IMG/VR virus record: IMGVR_UViG_3300006930_000015 | Coordinates: 1-44,526 of that record | Source: a virus | Lineage: Duplodnaviria; Caudoviricetes | Strand: one strand, 5' to 3' | Length of the DNA: 44,526 nt | In this document: piece after piece, positions 35,678-44,526 of the stretch | Layout: each line of letters starts with the position of its first letter | Numbering within the stretch: position 1 is the first letter of the stretch | Program-made: the position numbers and the translations under genes | Notes under the pieces: generated by a model | The model's database searches: none | What the model saw: the letters and a program-made list of their open reading frames with translations, nothing else | Told to the model about the DNA's origin: nothing

Positions 35678-35879
35678 TCCTTGCTTCGTCCTCTAATTCT
35701 TTTTTAATTTGTTCTTGTTCTGTTACATAATCTGTTATATCTAAATACTCCATATTATCAAGTATATATTCTGCTCCAATTTCTTCTATAAGCTCAGATA
35801 TATCAACTCCTGTAATAATAGCTACACCATTTTCAATATCTACGTTGACCTTTTCTACACTAATTTCAAAACTAATCAT
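35658..35879 (-). CDS. hypothetical acidic protein
   Basis: Very acidic small early ORF. Confidence 0.55.
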   Translation of the reverse strand: MISFEISVEKVNVDIENGVAIITGVDISELIEEIGAEYILDNMEYLDITDYVTEQEQIKKELEDEARSDNEQF

Positions 35880-36125
35880 TTATTTAACCTCGCATTCATA
35901 CCATGCCGTATTCTTGTCTGAGAACTTCTCACAGGCGTTTTGTTGATATTCTGATACACCAGACGCTTTTATGTTATTGTACGCTCTCTGGGCTTCTAAA
36001 GTGCCAATAACGCCAATTGTTACTAATCCAATTACTAACGCAACCTTACCAATACAACCCCACTTAATAGATTTTAATTTACTAAACTTTTCTTTATCTA
36101 CTTTTTCAACTTTTTTCATATTCAT
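35880..36125 (-). CDS. small membrane protein
   Basis: Basic N-terminus plus one TM helix and Cys pair. Confidence 0.55.
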   Translation of the reverse strand: MNMKKVEKVDKEKFSKLKSIKWGCIGKVALVIGLVTIGVIGTLEAQRAYNNIKASGVSEYQQNACEKFSDKNTAWYECEVK

Positions 36126-36132
36126 CCTTTAA

Positions 36133-36540
36133 TTAATTTAACATTTTTTTATTTATTTTGTCTATATTGTTTTTATATTTTTTAAGATTATCTTTATGTT
36201 TTTTCATACCGTTTATTTGTTTTTGTTCATATTCTGCTATATACTCTAAACATCTTAATAGCTCATTATTCCAATTATACTCTAAATCTTCATTCCATTT
36301 GTCAGCCATTTCTTGGCACTCTTCTACTTCTTGTTCAACGCTGCCATTTCTTTCTATATCTATATTATATAACTTAATAATAGTACCATTATGTTCACAC
36401 TCTGCACTAACTGAACCTCCACTTCCAAATAAATTATTCCATACCCTAGCCTTTAATTTTGGATAATCAAACGTTTCGATGTCAATATCACTAACTATAA
36501 ACTCATTATCAATTTTCATTTTAATTGCTCCTTTTGCCAC
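36133..36540 (-). CDS. hypothetical protein
   Basis: Early-region ORF. Confidence 0.55.
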   Translation of the reverse strand: MAKGAIKMKIDNEFIVSDIDIETFDYPKLKARVWNNLFGSGGSVSAECEHNGTIIKLYNIDIERNGSVEQEVEECQEMADKWNEDLEYNWNNELLRCLEYIAEYEQKQINGMKKHKDNLKKYKNNIDKINKKMLN

Positions 36541-36731
36541 TGTTCTACTCCTTGTGTTATTCTTAAAATTGTATTTTTATCTGTTTCTAATTCATATACG
36601 CCGTCATTTTCAGCATATACAACCATGTTATTGTCATTATCTTGACTTACGTGGTACATGTCCATTCCGTCAATAAAACTTGTCCATATATTATCGTCGT
36701 TTATTTCCTCTGTTATATCTTCGTAATACAT
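36516..36731 (-). CDS. hypothetical acidic protein
   Basis: AAGGAG RBS, follows promoter. Confidence 0.6.
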   Translation of the reverse strand: MYYEDITEEINDDNIWTSFIDGMDMYHVSQDNDNNMVVYAENDGVYELETDKNTILRITQGVEQWQKEQLK

Positions 36732-36759
36732 TTTTTACTCCTTGTTTAATTATATTTTA

Positions 36760-36788
36760 ATTGTATCACACACTTATATTATAGTCAA
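36760..36788 (-). promoter_or_regulatory. sigma70 promoter
   Basis: TTGACT-N17-TACAAT with extended TG. Confidence 0.7.
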
Positions 36789-36813
36789 TATAAAATGTAA
36801 ATAATACAACACT

Positions 36814-37314
36814 TTAGCCTTTCATAGGCATAACTAAATGTACACCATTGTCAGTTTTAATAACCATAGGTGATAATTTACCGTATAATTCAACTTTTAC
36901 GCTTTCAGCTCCGTCAACTTCCTGTATAATCTTAAAATAATCAGCATTGAAAGACATTTCAGATTGTGCTTGTGTTATACCTGTTGGCACTAAACCTTGC
37001 CACTTGGGATAATCGCCACTCATATAACCATTATTTTGTGCATAATCATCAGCACTTAAGCTAACTAATTCCTCGCCATTGAGCCTACTCTTACCAGTTG
37101 CTAACTTATACCATTTCTCAAATGCACTACGCCTGATTAGCTTGCCAACTAGCTCATCTGCTCCGTCCATATAAATTGCAGATAGTTTATATCCGTCTGT
37201 TGTAACTAATACAACACGTTCATTATATCTGTCAACGTAGCCTGAACATATCACAGGACGCATATTGTCTTTACTCATAACTTTTAATAATGCACCAACT
37301 TGCTTTTTATTCAT
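36814..37314 (-). CDS. truncated DNA polymerase III beta-clamp-like protein
   Basis: SKD..RPVI, VTTDGYKL, G.YP.W..LVP, FNADY, SPMVI, LVMPM(K) clamp motifs in only 166 aa. Confidence 0.75.
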   Translation of the reverse strand: MNKKQVGALLKVMSKDNMRPVICSGYVDRYNERVVLVTTDGYKLSAIYMDGADELVGKLIRRSAFEKWYKLATGKSRLNGEELVSLSADDYAQNNGYMSGDYPKWQGLVPTGITQAQSEMSFNADYFKIIQEVDGAESVKVELYGKLSPMVIKTDNGVHLVMPMKG

Positions 37315-37495
37315 TTAATATACCATCTACCTTATCTAATATGTTATTAAATATATCTTGCGCTTTATCAGAATATACAATATCACCATTTTTAAGTTGT
37401 TCCTCTAACACTATATCTGTGAAATTATTAACTATGTATGATGTTATTACTGATGATAATTCACATACTATATCCATTCCGACTTTTTTGTTCAT
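37307..37495 (-). CDS. hypothetical protein
   Basis: G..YSD.AQDIFN motif; coupled. Confidence 0.55.
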   Translation of the reverse strand: MNKKVGMDIVCELSSVITSYIVNNFTDIVLEEQLKNGDIVYSDKAQDIFNNILDKVDGILNE

Positions 37496-37884
37496 TTATT
37501 TAATACTCTCTATAATCTCTTGCTTTATTTTTTTAATTGCTTTATAAGTCATAATTTGCTTAATTAACCAATCATAACCACTATACTTACTTAATAATAG
37601 CTTATATCTATACACTATCATACTCATTCATATCTTTTATGGCGTCATCAATATCCTGTTCAAAATTAGCCTCTAATATAGCTTGATAATGTTCTAATAC
37701 TTTACTAGTGTTATATTTGCTATTATGCGCAATACTAAATATAATAGATTGTTCGTCTTTGTTTAATTTTATAATCATAATTCAACTCCGTTTAATTCTA
37801 ATACTAATGCAATATATTCAGCTTGTGTTAATTTCATATTATCCTATTCTAGCCGTTACAATGCCACGGCTCGGGCTAGTTAAT

Positions 37885-38082
37885 TTATTTATTATAATAT
37901 TGTTTTATTATTTTTTCTATATTATCAACTACATCATACGCCCACTCAACCATTCCATATCCATAAGTGTCGATTTCAATGTAATCATCATTAATATAAT
38001 AGTTTAATCCGACATCATTATTCACGACATCCCACATTTTAGTACCTTTTTGATATTCATAAATATACCTAGATATATTCAA
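37885..38082 (-). CDS. hypothetical protein
   Basis: Early-region ORF, start uncertain. Confidence 0.45.
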   Translation of the reverse strand: MNISRYIYEYQKGTKMWDVVNNDVGLNYYINDDYIEIDTYGYGMVEWAYDVVDNIEKIIKQYYNK

Positions 38083-38174
38083 GTGTTTACCACTATAATT
38101 ACCTTTAATATCATCTATTATATCACTATTTTTTAAGTCTTTTTTTTAATTTGTCAATATCTATTTTTAACATT

Positions 38175-38450
38175 TTATTTGTTCCCAATTAATTGTTTAT
38201 CCGTAAATGTATCTTCGATTTTAGTTAGTTGCATATAATCAATACGCCCTGCCCTAGTCATATGATATGTAATAGTTTTGCCAATCCAACTATCGCTATA
38301 ACCATAACACCAACTACAGTCAGAGCTGCTACGAGTTCTAATTAACTCACCGCTACTATCATCTAGTATTATCTTATAATTAGGATTGCCGTTCACACTG
38401 TTATTCAATCGCTCGACACTAACTAATTTTGCGAATTTCTGGTTTTTCAT
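38175..38450 (-). CDS. hypothetical phage protein
   Basis: ERLNNSVNGNP motif; AAGGGG RBS. Confidence 0.6.
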   Translation of the reverse strand: MKNQKFAKLVSVERLNNSVNGNPNYKIILDDSSGELIRTRSSSDCSWCYGYSDSWIGKTITYHMTRAGRIDYMQLTKIEDTFTDKQLIGNK

Positions 38451-38708
38451 ATTATTCCCCTTTACTTATTATTTTATAAAAATCGTCGATAATCTCTTAT
38501 CTATATCTATTGTATCAAAATCCTTGCTATTGTCAACTAGTCTATTACCTCATATTCTATATTATTATAATCTAAATAGTCACCATAACAACAACCATCA
38601 TCGCTTATAATGTCATTATATTCTTGTTTAGTGATATATAACATTTTCTTACTCCTGCTTATTATTAATTGCTATGAGTTAGTTTGTATCGCCTAATCTC
38701 ATAATACA

Positions 38709-38773
38709 ATCATATAAAACTAGCCTATATAATGCAATAGTTTTTAGCTATTTTATCGTTGTATTATTTACAA
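38709..38773 (-). promoter_or_regulatory. sigma70 promoter with upstream palindromic box
   Basis: TTGCAT-N17-TATGAT; TTGTATTATTTACAA at 38759-38773. Confidence 0.65.
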
Positions 38774-38797
38774 TAAGCATAATGCTAGTGTAATAAT

Positions 38798-38825
38798 AAA
38801 AATACCCCCGTATATAACAGGGGTA
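38798..38825 (-). terminator. Rho-independent terminator
   Basis: TACCCCTGT-TATAT-ACGGGGGTA followed by TTTTT on the minus strand. Confidence 0.65.
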
Positions 38826-38995
38826 AAAAATCGGCGTATACTCTCAGTTTTGGCTAGTGTAACCTAAACAGTATATAATAAAGCTAACATATATAATACT
38901 ATAATAGCTAATATAGCTTGTAGTATAGGTTTAATAGTATACTTATAAGTATTATATATCATTGACTGTTTGTTGAAGTATTTTGTTTTCATCTG

Positions 38996-39211
38996 TTATA
39001 ACTCCGTTACAGTGTAGTGTTTATCTGTTGTTATATCATATTGTACTGGTGATATTGTAACATAATAACCTATATTAGCACTATGATGTAAATCATAATA
39101 TTTACCCCTGTTAAGTTTAATCCTAGTAATACCCTGTAGATATAAATTAGCTAATATTGATTGATTGTTAAGGTACTTTTTACCGTATATTTTTGTCTGG
39201 ATAATATTCAT
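38996..39211 (-). CDS. hypothetical protein (first early gene)
   Basis: AGGA RBS; first minus-strand ORF beside the divergent region. Confidence 0.45.
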   Translation of the reverse strand: MNIIQTKIYGKKYLNNQSILANLYLQGITRIKLNRGKYYDLHHSANIGYYVTISPVQYDITTDKHYTVTEL

Positions 39212-39442
39212 ATTATTGTATCCTGTTTAATTTATTATATTACTAGCTTATTATATATACGCAGGTAATATAAGTCTTGTAATTATTGATATTTATGTTA
39301 TAATATCACTGTAACAGGGGTCAGACATTGACATATTGCAATAAGCATGTGATAATATTGTACATTTGCCCACCTCTGTTAGGGTGTCAGAAAATACGGG
39401 GTTTTATAAAAGTTTTGGCTATTCGTGTTATTAGTGCTATTG

Positions 39443-39590
39443 TTGTATATATTACAATGATATATGCACATACTATGTTATGTTGTATTGTTTACAATGT
39501 TGTTATTTTGTGTATGTTTTGTTGTTATTATTACAATGAGGGAGGGGTGGGGGAGGCTACAGTTTGAGAGTTGTGTTGTAATTATTACTA
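39443..39590. repeat. cluster of TTGTA-N5-TACAA palindromes
   Basis: Copies at 39443-39457, 39483-39497, 39522-39536 (1 mismatch), 39576-39590 (1 mismatch). Confidence 0.7.
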
Positions 39591-39699
39591 CTATATTTTA
39601 TATGACCAAAATATTGACACCATAAAAATCACAAAGGTATGGATATATTACATGTAAGTTACATAGTTGTAACAAAATCAATAATTTTTATAAAAAGTA

Positions 39700-39728
39700 T
39701 TGACATTTTAAATAAAGTATGATATAGT
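39700..39728 (+). promoter_or_regulatory. promoter of the packaging/structural arm
   Basis: TTGACA-N17-TATAGT with TG; ATG of terS follows within a few nt, suggesting a leaderless transcript. Confidence 0.8.
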
Positions 39729-39734
39729 TGTAAT

Positions 39735-40178
39735 ATGAGTAAAAAACAAGGCAAAAAATTTAGCAACAGGAGTGTAAAACCTATACAGTCTGACGGTACA
39801 GTAGCTCAAGCCAACCAATGGACTGCCACAGAGCAACAGTTAAACTGGTTACGTTATTACATGGACCCTAAAGAAGAAGAGACATATGCAAACTCATATC
39901 AATCGGCAATAAAGGCTGGATATAGTGAGTCATATGCAAAGAATATAATGAGTAATGCAGTTGCGCTACAATGGGTAAAGAGTGCAAAGAGTATTATGAG
40001 AAGTATGAATACGGAGCATCTTAAGAATGTATTAGAAGAAATTGCACTAGGTAAGTATTCAAAAGATGCAGATAAGATATCGGCGGTCAAGGCACTCGGT
40101 ATGGAACAAGGTATGTTCGTACAGAAACAAATAACAGCTCATGTTGGTATCGAGCAGGCTTTAAGTGAGTTAGAATAA
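39735..40178 (+). CDS. terS: terminase small subunit
   Basis: HTH-like YANSYQSAIKAGYSESYA, DKISAVKALG..GMF; upstream of terL. Confidence 0.8.
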   Translation: MSKKQGKKFSNRSVKPIQSDGTVAQANQWTATEQQLNWLRYYMDPKEEETYANSYQSAIKAGYSESYAKNIMSNAVALQWVKSAKSIMRSMNTEHLKNVLEEIALGKYSKDADKISAVKALGMEQGMFVQKQITAHVGIEQALSELE

Positions 40179-40381
40179 TGGACGGTTTACGTAGTAAATC
40201 ACCATATGACGTGGGGATTAGTGGCTTTAAAAGACTACTTAAAGATAATACTAATCTTACACGTGCAGAGAAAAATAAAGCAATTAAGATATATAAACAA
40301 CGTGTCAAAGAACGCTTACTAGAAGTAGTACAAGCATATAACGATGAAGTAAAGAAGGAAACAGATGGAAAACAAAAGTAA
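40178..40381 (+). CDS. hypothetical protein
   Basis: TAATG coupling. Confidence 0.5.
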   Translation: MDGLRSKSPYDVGISGFKRLLKDNTNLTRAEKNKAIKIYKQRVKERLLEVVQAYNDEVKKETDGKQK

Positions 40382-40556
40382 TAAAAGGCAAATATATTTA
40401 TGGGATGAGAACAAAGAGTTTTATGATAATCTTCCAAATAAGTCAAAACTTATAAATCTCTTAATCCGTAAGTATCAAGAGGAACATTGTTCGTCTGTAA
40501 ATTTGTCTAAAACAAATCAAGAGGAGCATTGTGTAGATGGACGACCTGAGTCTTAA
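40365..40556 (+). CDS. small DNA-binding protein (ribbon-helix-helix-like)
   Basis: KRQIYL (strand)..NKSKLINLLIRKY (helix B) pattern. Confidence 0.5.
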   Translation: MENKSNKRQIYLWDENKEFYDNLPNKSKLINLLIRKYQEEHCSSVNLSKTNQEEHCVDGRPES

Positions 40557-42309
40557 TAAGGAACAGCTGCAGAAGATTCTTGATATACGTAGTGACTTTT
40601 ATAGGTATTGTAAAAATAACCTAAAGATTAAAGATAAATACTCTAAGATAATACCATTTGTACCAAACAAGCCACAGAAGGTACTTATAGACTATGTCTT
40701 GCTCTGTATTAAAGAAAAGCGACCAGTAAAGGCAATTATATTAAAAGCTCGTCAGATGGGCTTAAGTACAGCCGTAGAGGCTATTATTTACTGGTGGACT
40801 AGTACAAATAAAAACATCAATTCAGTGATTATTGGACACGAAGAGAGCTCTTCCAAGAACCTTTATATGATGTTTAGGAGATACTATGATAATACCAATC
40901 CTATATTCAAACCATGTATTCGTTACAATACTCGTACAGACCTTAGTTTTGAAAGGTTTGACGAAACTGGGAAACAAGTCGGACTGGGTAGTTCAATCAA
41001 GACTGCGACTGCTGGTAACAAAGCTGCTGGACGCTCTGATACGATTAACCTATTACATGGTTCTGAGTTAGGTGAGTGGGAAAACGGTGAGGACTTAGTT
41101 GCTTCCCTACTAGAAACTGTACCAGATGAGGAAATAATGGATAAACCATCTATGATATTCCTTGAATCTACTGCCAAAGGTCGCGGTAATTACTTTCATA
41201 AAGAGTTTGTTGCTGCAACTAAAAGATTAAATAACTTTGAACCTTTCTTTTTTCCTTGGTGGATACTGGATACTTATGAGAGGAAGTCATCGTTTGAAGA
41301 ATTAGGTGAATTATCTGAGTATGAGTTATTTTTAGTTGACTTAATGAAGAAAGGTCATACTGTAGCTGGTCAAACAATAGAGATTGATGAAAATTCAATA
41401 CCTAGAAAGATTGAGTTTTACAGGCGTAAGGCAAAGAACTTTGAGGCTACACCAGAAAGGCTAGCACAGGAATATCCTAGTACATGGCAAGAATCGTTTA
41501 TCGCATCAGGTAAGAACGTATTTAATACTTTAGCATTACAGGAAATGGAAAATGATGCTCAACTAGTAGAAGAAACAGAGTACTATAAGATATATCCAGG
41601 TGAAGTTAGTGAAGAGTATTCATTAGAGAGAGTACCATTTGAGCCAAATGAAAAGCCTGATGATTTCACTTATAAAGCTCCACTTAAAATCTGGCAACAT
41701 CCGATACCTGGACGTGAATATGTTATAGGTGGAGACGTTGCAGAAGGATTAGAGAGGGGTGACTATTCCGTAGCTGAGGTAGTAGATACTTCAACTATGG
41801 AGACTGTAGCTAGATGGAGAGGTCATATAGACCCTGATAAGTTTGGTGAAATAATAAGTGCATTAGGAACATACTACAATTATGCATTAGTTGGAGTAGA
41901 AGTCAATAATCATGGTTTAACAACCATACAGAAGCTTAGAGACACGTTCTACACTAATTTATATAAGCGAGATAAAGGTTATGATGAAGATTTTGAAGAA
42001 CCTACATCTAACCTAGGCTGGAAAACCGATGTACGCACTAAACGTATGATGATTGATGACCTTATACGTATTATACGAGAGAAAATCAATAAAGATTTAG
42101 ATACTGTATTCATTAACGAGGCATTTGCTTTTGTTAGGGATAGTCGTGGGCGTATGAACGCAGAAGAAGGCGAACATGACGATACAGTTATGGCTAAGGC
42201 TATTGCATTTCAACTATTCCCATGGGGCGATAACGACTTATCATCATTACAGGTATATATACCAGAAAATATAGCAGAACGTAAAAGAAAAAATAAAATA
42301 AGGCGTTAA
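40537..42309 (+). CDS. terL: terminase large subunit
   Basis: Walker A LKARQMGLST, Walker B LHGSE, motif III ESTAKG, nuclease GGDVAEG..DYS, EVNN.G, HDDTVMA. Confidence 0.95.
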   Translation: MDDLSLNKEQLQKILDIRSDFYRYCKNNLKIKDKYSKIIPFVPNKPQKVLIDYVLLCIKEKRPVKAIILKARQMGLSTAVEAIIYWWTSTNKNINSVIIGHEESSSKNLYMMFRRYYDNTNPIFKPCIRYNTRTDLSFERFDETGKQVGLGSSIKTATAGNKAAGRSDTINLLHGSELGEWENGEDLVASLLETVPDEEIMDKPSMIFLESTAKGRGNYFHKEFVAATKRLNNFEPFFFPWWILDTYERKSSFEELGELSEYELFLVDLMKKGHTVAGQTIEIDENSIPRKIEFYRRKAKNFEATPERLAQEYPSTWQESFIASGKNVFNTLALQEMENDAQLVEETEYYKIYPGEVSEEYSLERVPFEPNEKPDDFTYKAPLKIWQHPIPGREYVIGGDVAEGLERGDYSVAEVVDTSTMETVARWRGHIDPDKFGEIISALGTYYNYALVGVEVNNHGLTTIQKLRDTFYTNLYKRDKGYDEDFEEPTSNLGWKTDVRTKRMMIDDLIRIIREKINKDLDTVFINEAFAFVRDSRGRMNAEEGEHDDTVMAKAIAFQLFPWGDNDLSSLQVYIPENIAERKRKNKIRR

Positions 42310-42310
42310 A

Positions 42311-44233
42311 ATGAAAAAGAATAATACACCAAAATTAACACAGGCTGATAAAGACGCACAAGCTAATCTATTATCTAATGTCATTATTGATTTTGAAAAA
42401 GCACGTAAATATATAAAAGAAACATACCAAGATACTTGGGCTAAATGTTTTAAGGCTTATAATGGTATCCGTACAAGTCGAGGATATGAAGGAGTAGCAG
42501 ATGACTTTATTCCAGAAGTATTCTCTATTGTAGAGGCTCTAAAGGCTAATATATCAGGCACTAAACCTAAGTTCAAGTACTTACCATTAAAAGAATCGCA
42601 GGAAAACGATACAGAAGTTCTTAACTCGTTAGTAGACTTTTACTGGTCATGTAATAATATGACTGAAAAGGTACTTAACTGGGTAGGTGATATGATTATC
42701 TATGGTAATGGTATCTTTATGGTATCATGGGAAAAGGATAAACCACTAATCCAACATATTCCTTTATCTGACTTCTTCGTAGACCCTACTGCAACACACA
42801 TTAATAAGCCAGAAGAGCCAGGATATGCACGTTTCGCTGGTTATAGGTTCTTAACTAGTATTGATGAGTTAAAAGCTGCTACTAAAGTCGATGTAAAAAC
42901 TGGTGAAGTAGTACCAGTGTATAAGAACTTAGATAACCTTACTATCAACGATAGCAGTGATAACCTAGATAAAGACCGTAAAGAGCAATATATCGGCACT
43001 ACATTAGGTAAGGACGCATCTAAAGACCAAGTAGAGGTTATAGTTTACTTTACACAGTTTAAGAAGGTAATGATAGCCAACCGAGATACTATTATCTTAG
43101 ATGAACAGAATCCATACCATAAACCAGCAGAAACTATTACTAAAAAGATTATGCTTGATGGTACGGTTATCGAGTCTAAAATTAAAGTACCTGAAATTAA
43201 AGGCTTTTTACCATTTGCAATACTACGTAACTATGTAGATAGCAACCTGTTCTTTGCTAGAGGAGATGTAGAGGTTGTATTACCTACGCAAGAAGCATTA
43301 AATGATACATCTAGCCAGAAACGTGATAACTTAGCTTATGCACTTAATAATATGTGGCAAATTGACCCACGATTTAAGCACTTAGCTCCATCGGTAACAT
43401 CAGCCCCTGGTATGGTTTTGCCAATCCCTAAGGGTGCGTTAACTCCACTAGATAAGCAAGATATTAGTCCTGCAGCAGACACAGAGATTATGCGTCTTAC
43501 ACAGATTATGCGTACAGCAACAGCAGCAGATGCAGCCGTACAAGGCGTATCACAGAAGTTTAGTAGGACAACAGCCACAGAAGTGCAAGCACAGCTTAAT
43601 CAGGCTTCTATGCGGTTCACTACCAAGGTACAGAACTTAGAAGATGAAGGATTCGCACAACTAGCTCGTATTATTTACAAGATGATTCAAATCTTTGTAG
43701 ACCAACCTATGGCAGTCCGTATTATTGGTAATGAAGGTGTACAGTGGAAAGATTATAAACCAGGTGTTTACTATGGTGAATATGAACCACGTGTTGTACT
43801 TGAATCAACAGCTAACGCAGAGAACGCAGCACTTGCACAGTCTATGCAGATTGCAGCACAGTTCAGTATGAATAACCCACTAGTCAATCAACAAGCATTT
43901 ATCAGGAAAATGTATGAAACATTGTTCCCTAATATGTCTAAAGATGATATTGATGAAATGTTGACTCCTCCTATGCCACCAGTTATGGGTCCAGACGGAC
44001 AAGCTATTGACCCTGCAATGGTACAAGGTAACGCAGTGATGACACCAGGTGCAACTGCATTATTAGCAGGACAAGGAGAATCAGGTAGTTTTAACAACAC
44101 ATCACGTGGACGAGCAACACAAACTGGCAAACAAGGCGGTGGTGGAGCAGATAGCTCAAGTAATAATATTAGGCGAACTCGTGCAGCACAACCTAGCACA
44201 ACATTAAATGCAAGTTCACGACCAGTTAAGTAA
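42311..44233 (+). CDS. portal protein (P22/T7-like)
   Basis: 640 aa after terL; YGNGI, DFFVDP, TATEV..Q motifs, disordered C-terminus. Confidence 0.88.
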   Translation: MKKNNTPKLTQADKDAQANLLSNVIIDFEKARKYIKETYQDTWAKCFKAYNGIRTSRGYEGVADDFIPEVFSIVEALKANISGTKPKFKYLPLKESQENDTEVLNSLVDFYWSCNNMTEKVLNWVGDMIIYGNGIFMVSWEKDKPLIQHIPLSDFFVDPTATHINKPEEPGYARFAGYRFLTSIDELKAATKVDVKTGEVVPVYKNLDNLTINDSSDNLDKDRKEQYIGTTLGKDASKDQVEVIVYFTQFKKVMIANRDTIILDEQNPYHKPAETITKKIMLDGTVIESKIKVPEIKGFLPFAILRNYVDSNLFFARGDVEVVLPTQEALNDTSSQKRDNLAYALNNMWQIDPRFKHLAPSVTSAPGMVLPIPKGALTPLDKQDISPAADTEIMRLTQIMRTATAADAAVQGVSQKFSRTTATEVQAQLNQASMRFTTKVQNLEDEGFAQLARIIYKMIQIFVDQPMAVRIIGNEGVQWKDYKPGVYYGEYEPRVVLESTANAENAALAQSMQIAAQFSMNNPLVNQQAFIRKMYETLFPNMSKDDIDEMLTPPMPPVMGPDGQAIDPAMVQGNAVMTPGATALLAGQGESGSFNNTSRGRATQTGKQGGGGADSSSNNIRRTRAAQPSTTLNASSRPVK

Positions 44234-44241
44234 GGAGTAAT

Positions 44242-44526
44242 ATGGAAAAAGACGAATACAAACAAATACGAAACGAATGGCTTGGGTTTTCAAAGACCCT
44301 TGCCTTCAAACGTTTTATCGAATATATTGAAATGCAGAAAGAAATCTTAACAACTATGGCATCTGGACCAATTGAGGTATATAAAGAAGTACCTACATTT
44401 GACGGTAAAAGTGACTTACAATTCGATTTTGAACCAGAAAAGTGTGCTTACCTATTGCAAAGAAGCGTAGGATGTGATATAGTTAAGATGTACGTTGAGG
44501 AATTTACAACAGTTTCTAACGTTGCA
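44242..44526 (+). CDS. hypothetical head-module protein spanning the window join (continues 1..42)
   Basis: AAGGAG RBS, 95 open codons to the end; continues in frame to TGA at 40-42. Confidence 0.65.
   Translation, partial: MEKDEYKQIRNEWLGFSKTLAFKRFIEYIEMQKEILTTMASGPIEVYKEVPTFDGKSDLQFDFEPEKCAYLLQRSVGCDIVKMYVEEFTTVSNVA

Noticed and set aside
38117-38157. Leftward promoter (TTGACA ... TGATATAAT)
   Set aside because: Spacing is 29 bp rather than ~17; at most an extended -10 promoter, so not called
39328-39567. 79-aa + strand hydrophobic ORF
   Set aside because: Its TTG start is the -35 hexamer, and the sequence is a by-product of TG-rich repeats
39443-39590. Mini CRISPR array
   Set aside because: Repeats are only 15-19 bp with variable centres, the spacers are low-complexity, and the same motif occurs singly at promoters
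3128-44265. Numerous antisense ORFs in the track (e.g. 3128-3490, 6446-6865, 28873-29346, 43888-44265)
   Set aside because: Shadow frames opposite well-supported genes
1-44526. Alternative genetic code (TAG or TGA reassignment)
   Set aside because: Large genes are intact under code 11; TAG and TGA end genes with the next gene starting immediately; no suppressor tRNA seen

Overview
The window looks like a complete, circularly permuted ~44.5 kb AT-rich dsDNA phage genome with podovirus-type morphogenesis. An ORF running off the right end continues in frame into base 1 and stops with an ATGA overlap on the scaffold gene. The + strand arm runs terS-terL-portal-(join)-scaffold-MCP-tail/fibre-adaptor-nozzle-internal virion proteins-lysis (39.7 kb through to 17.1 kb). 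The - strand arm (39.2 to 17.2 kb) carries small early genes, a truncated beta-clamp, a PIF1 helicase, a HIRAN/PD-(D/E)XK nuclease, SSB, a T7 endonuclease I-like resolvase, HNH nucleases, a lytic transglycosylase, a 3'-5' exonuclease, an RNA ligase, a polynucleotide kinase/phosphatase, a methyltransferase and a glycosyltransferase. I recognised no integrase, DNA polymerase, primase, reverse transcriptase or CRISPR array. Gene content suggests a Patescibacteria (Saccharibacteria-like) host, by inference only. The most unusual content is non-coding. (i) A 620-bp array of five tRNA-shaped RNAs, only one near-canonical, includes an 83-nt tmRNA tRNA-like domain with no mRNA domain and lies upstream of a tRNA-repair pair (Rnl + Pnkp). 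(ii) A ~320-nt highly structured RNA has its own promoter at 35.0-35.4 kb. (iii) A ~120-nt stand-alone sRNA exposes an anti-Shine-Dalgarno tract at 30.7 kb. (iv) A palindromic TTGTA-N5-TACAA box sits at a fixed distance upstream of several promoters. All protein and RNA calls come from motif recognition by eye; no database searches were run.
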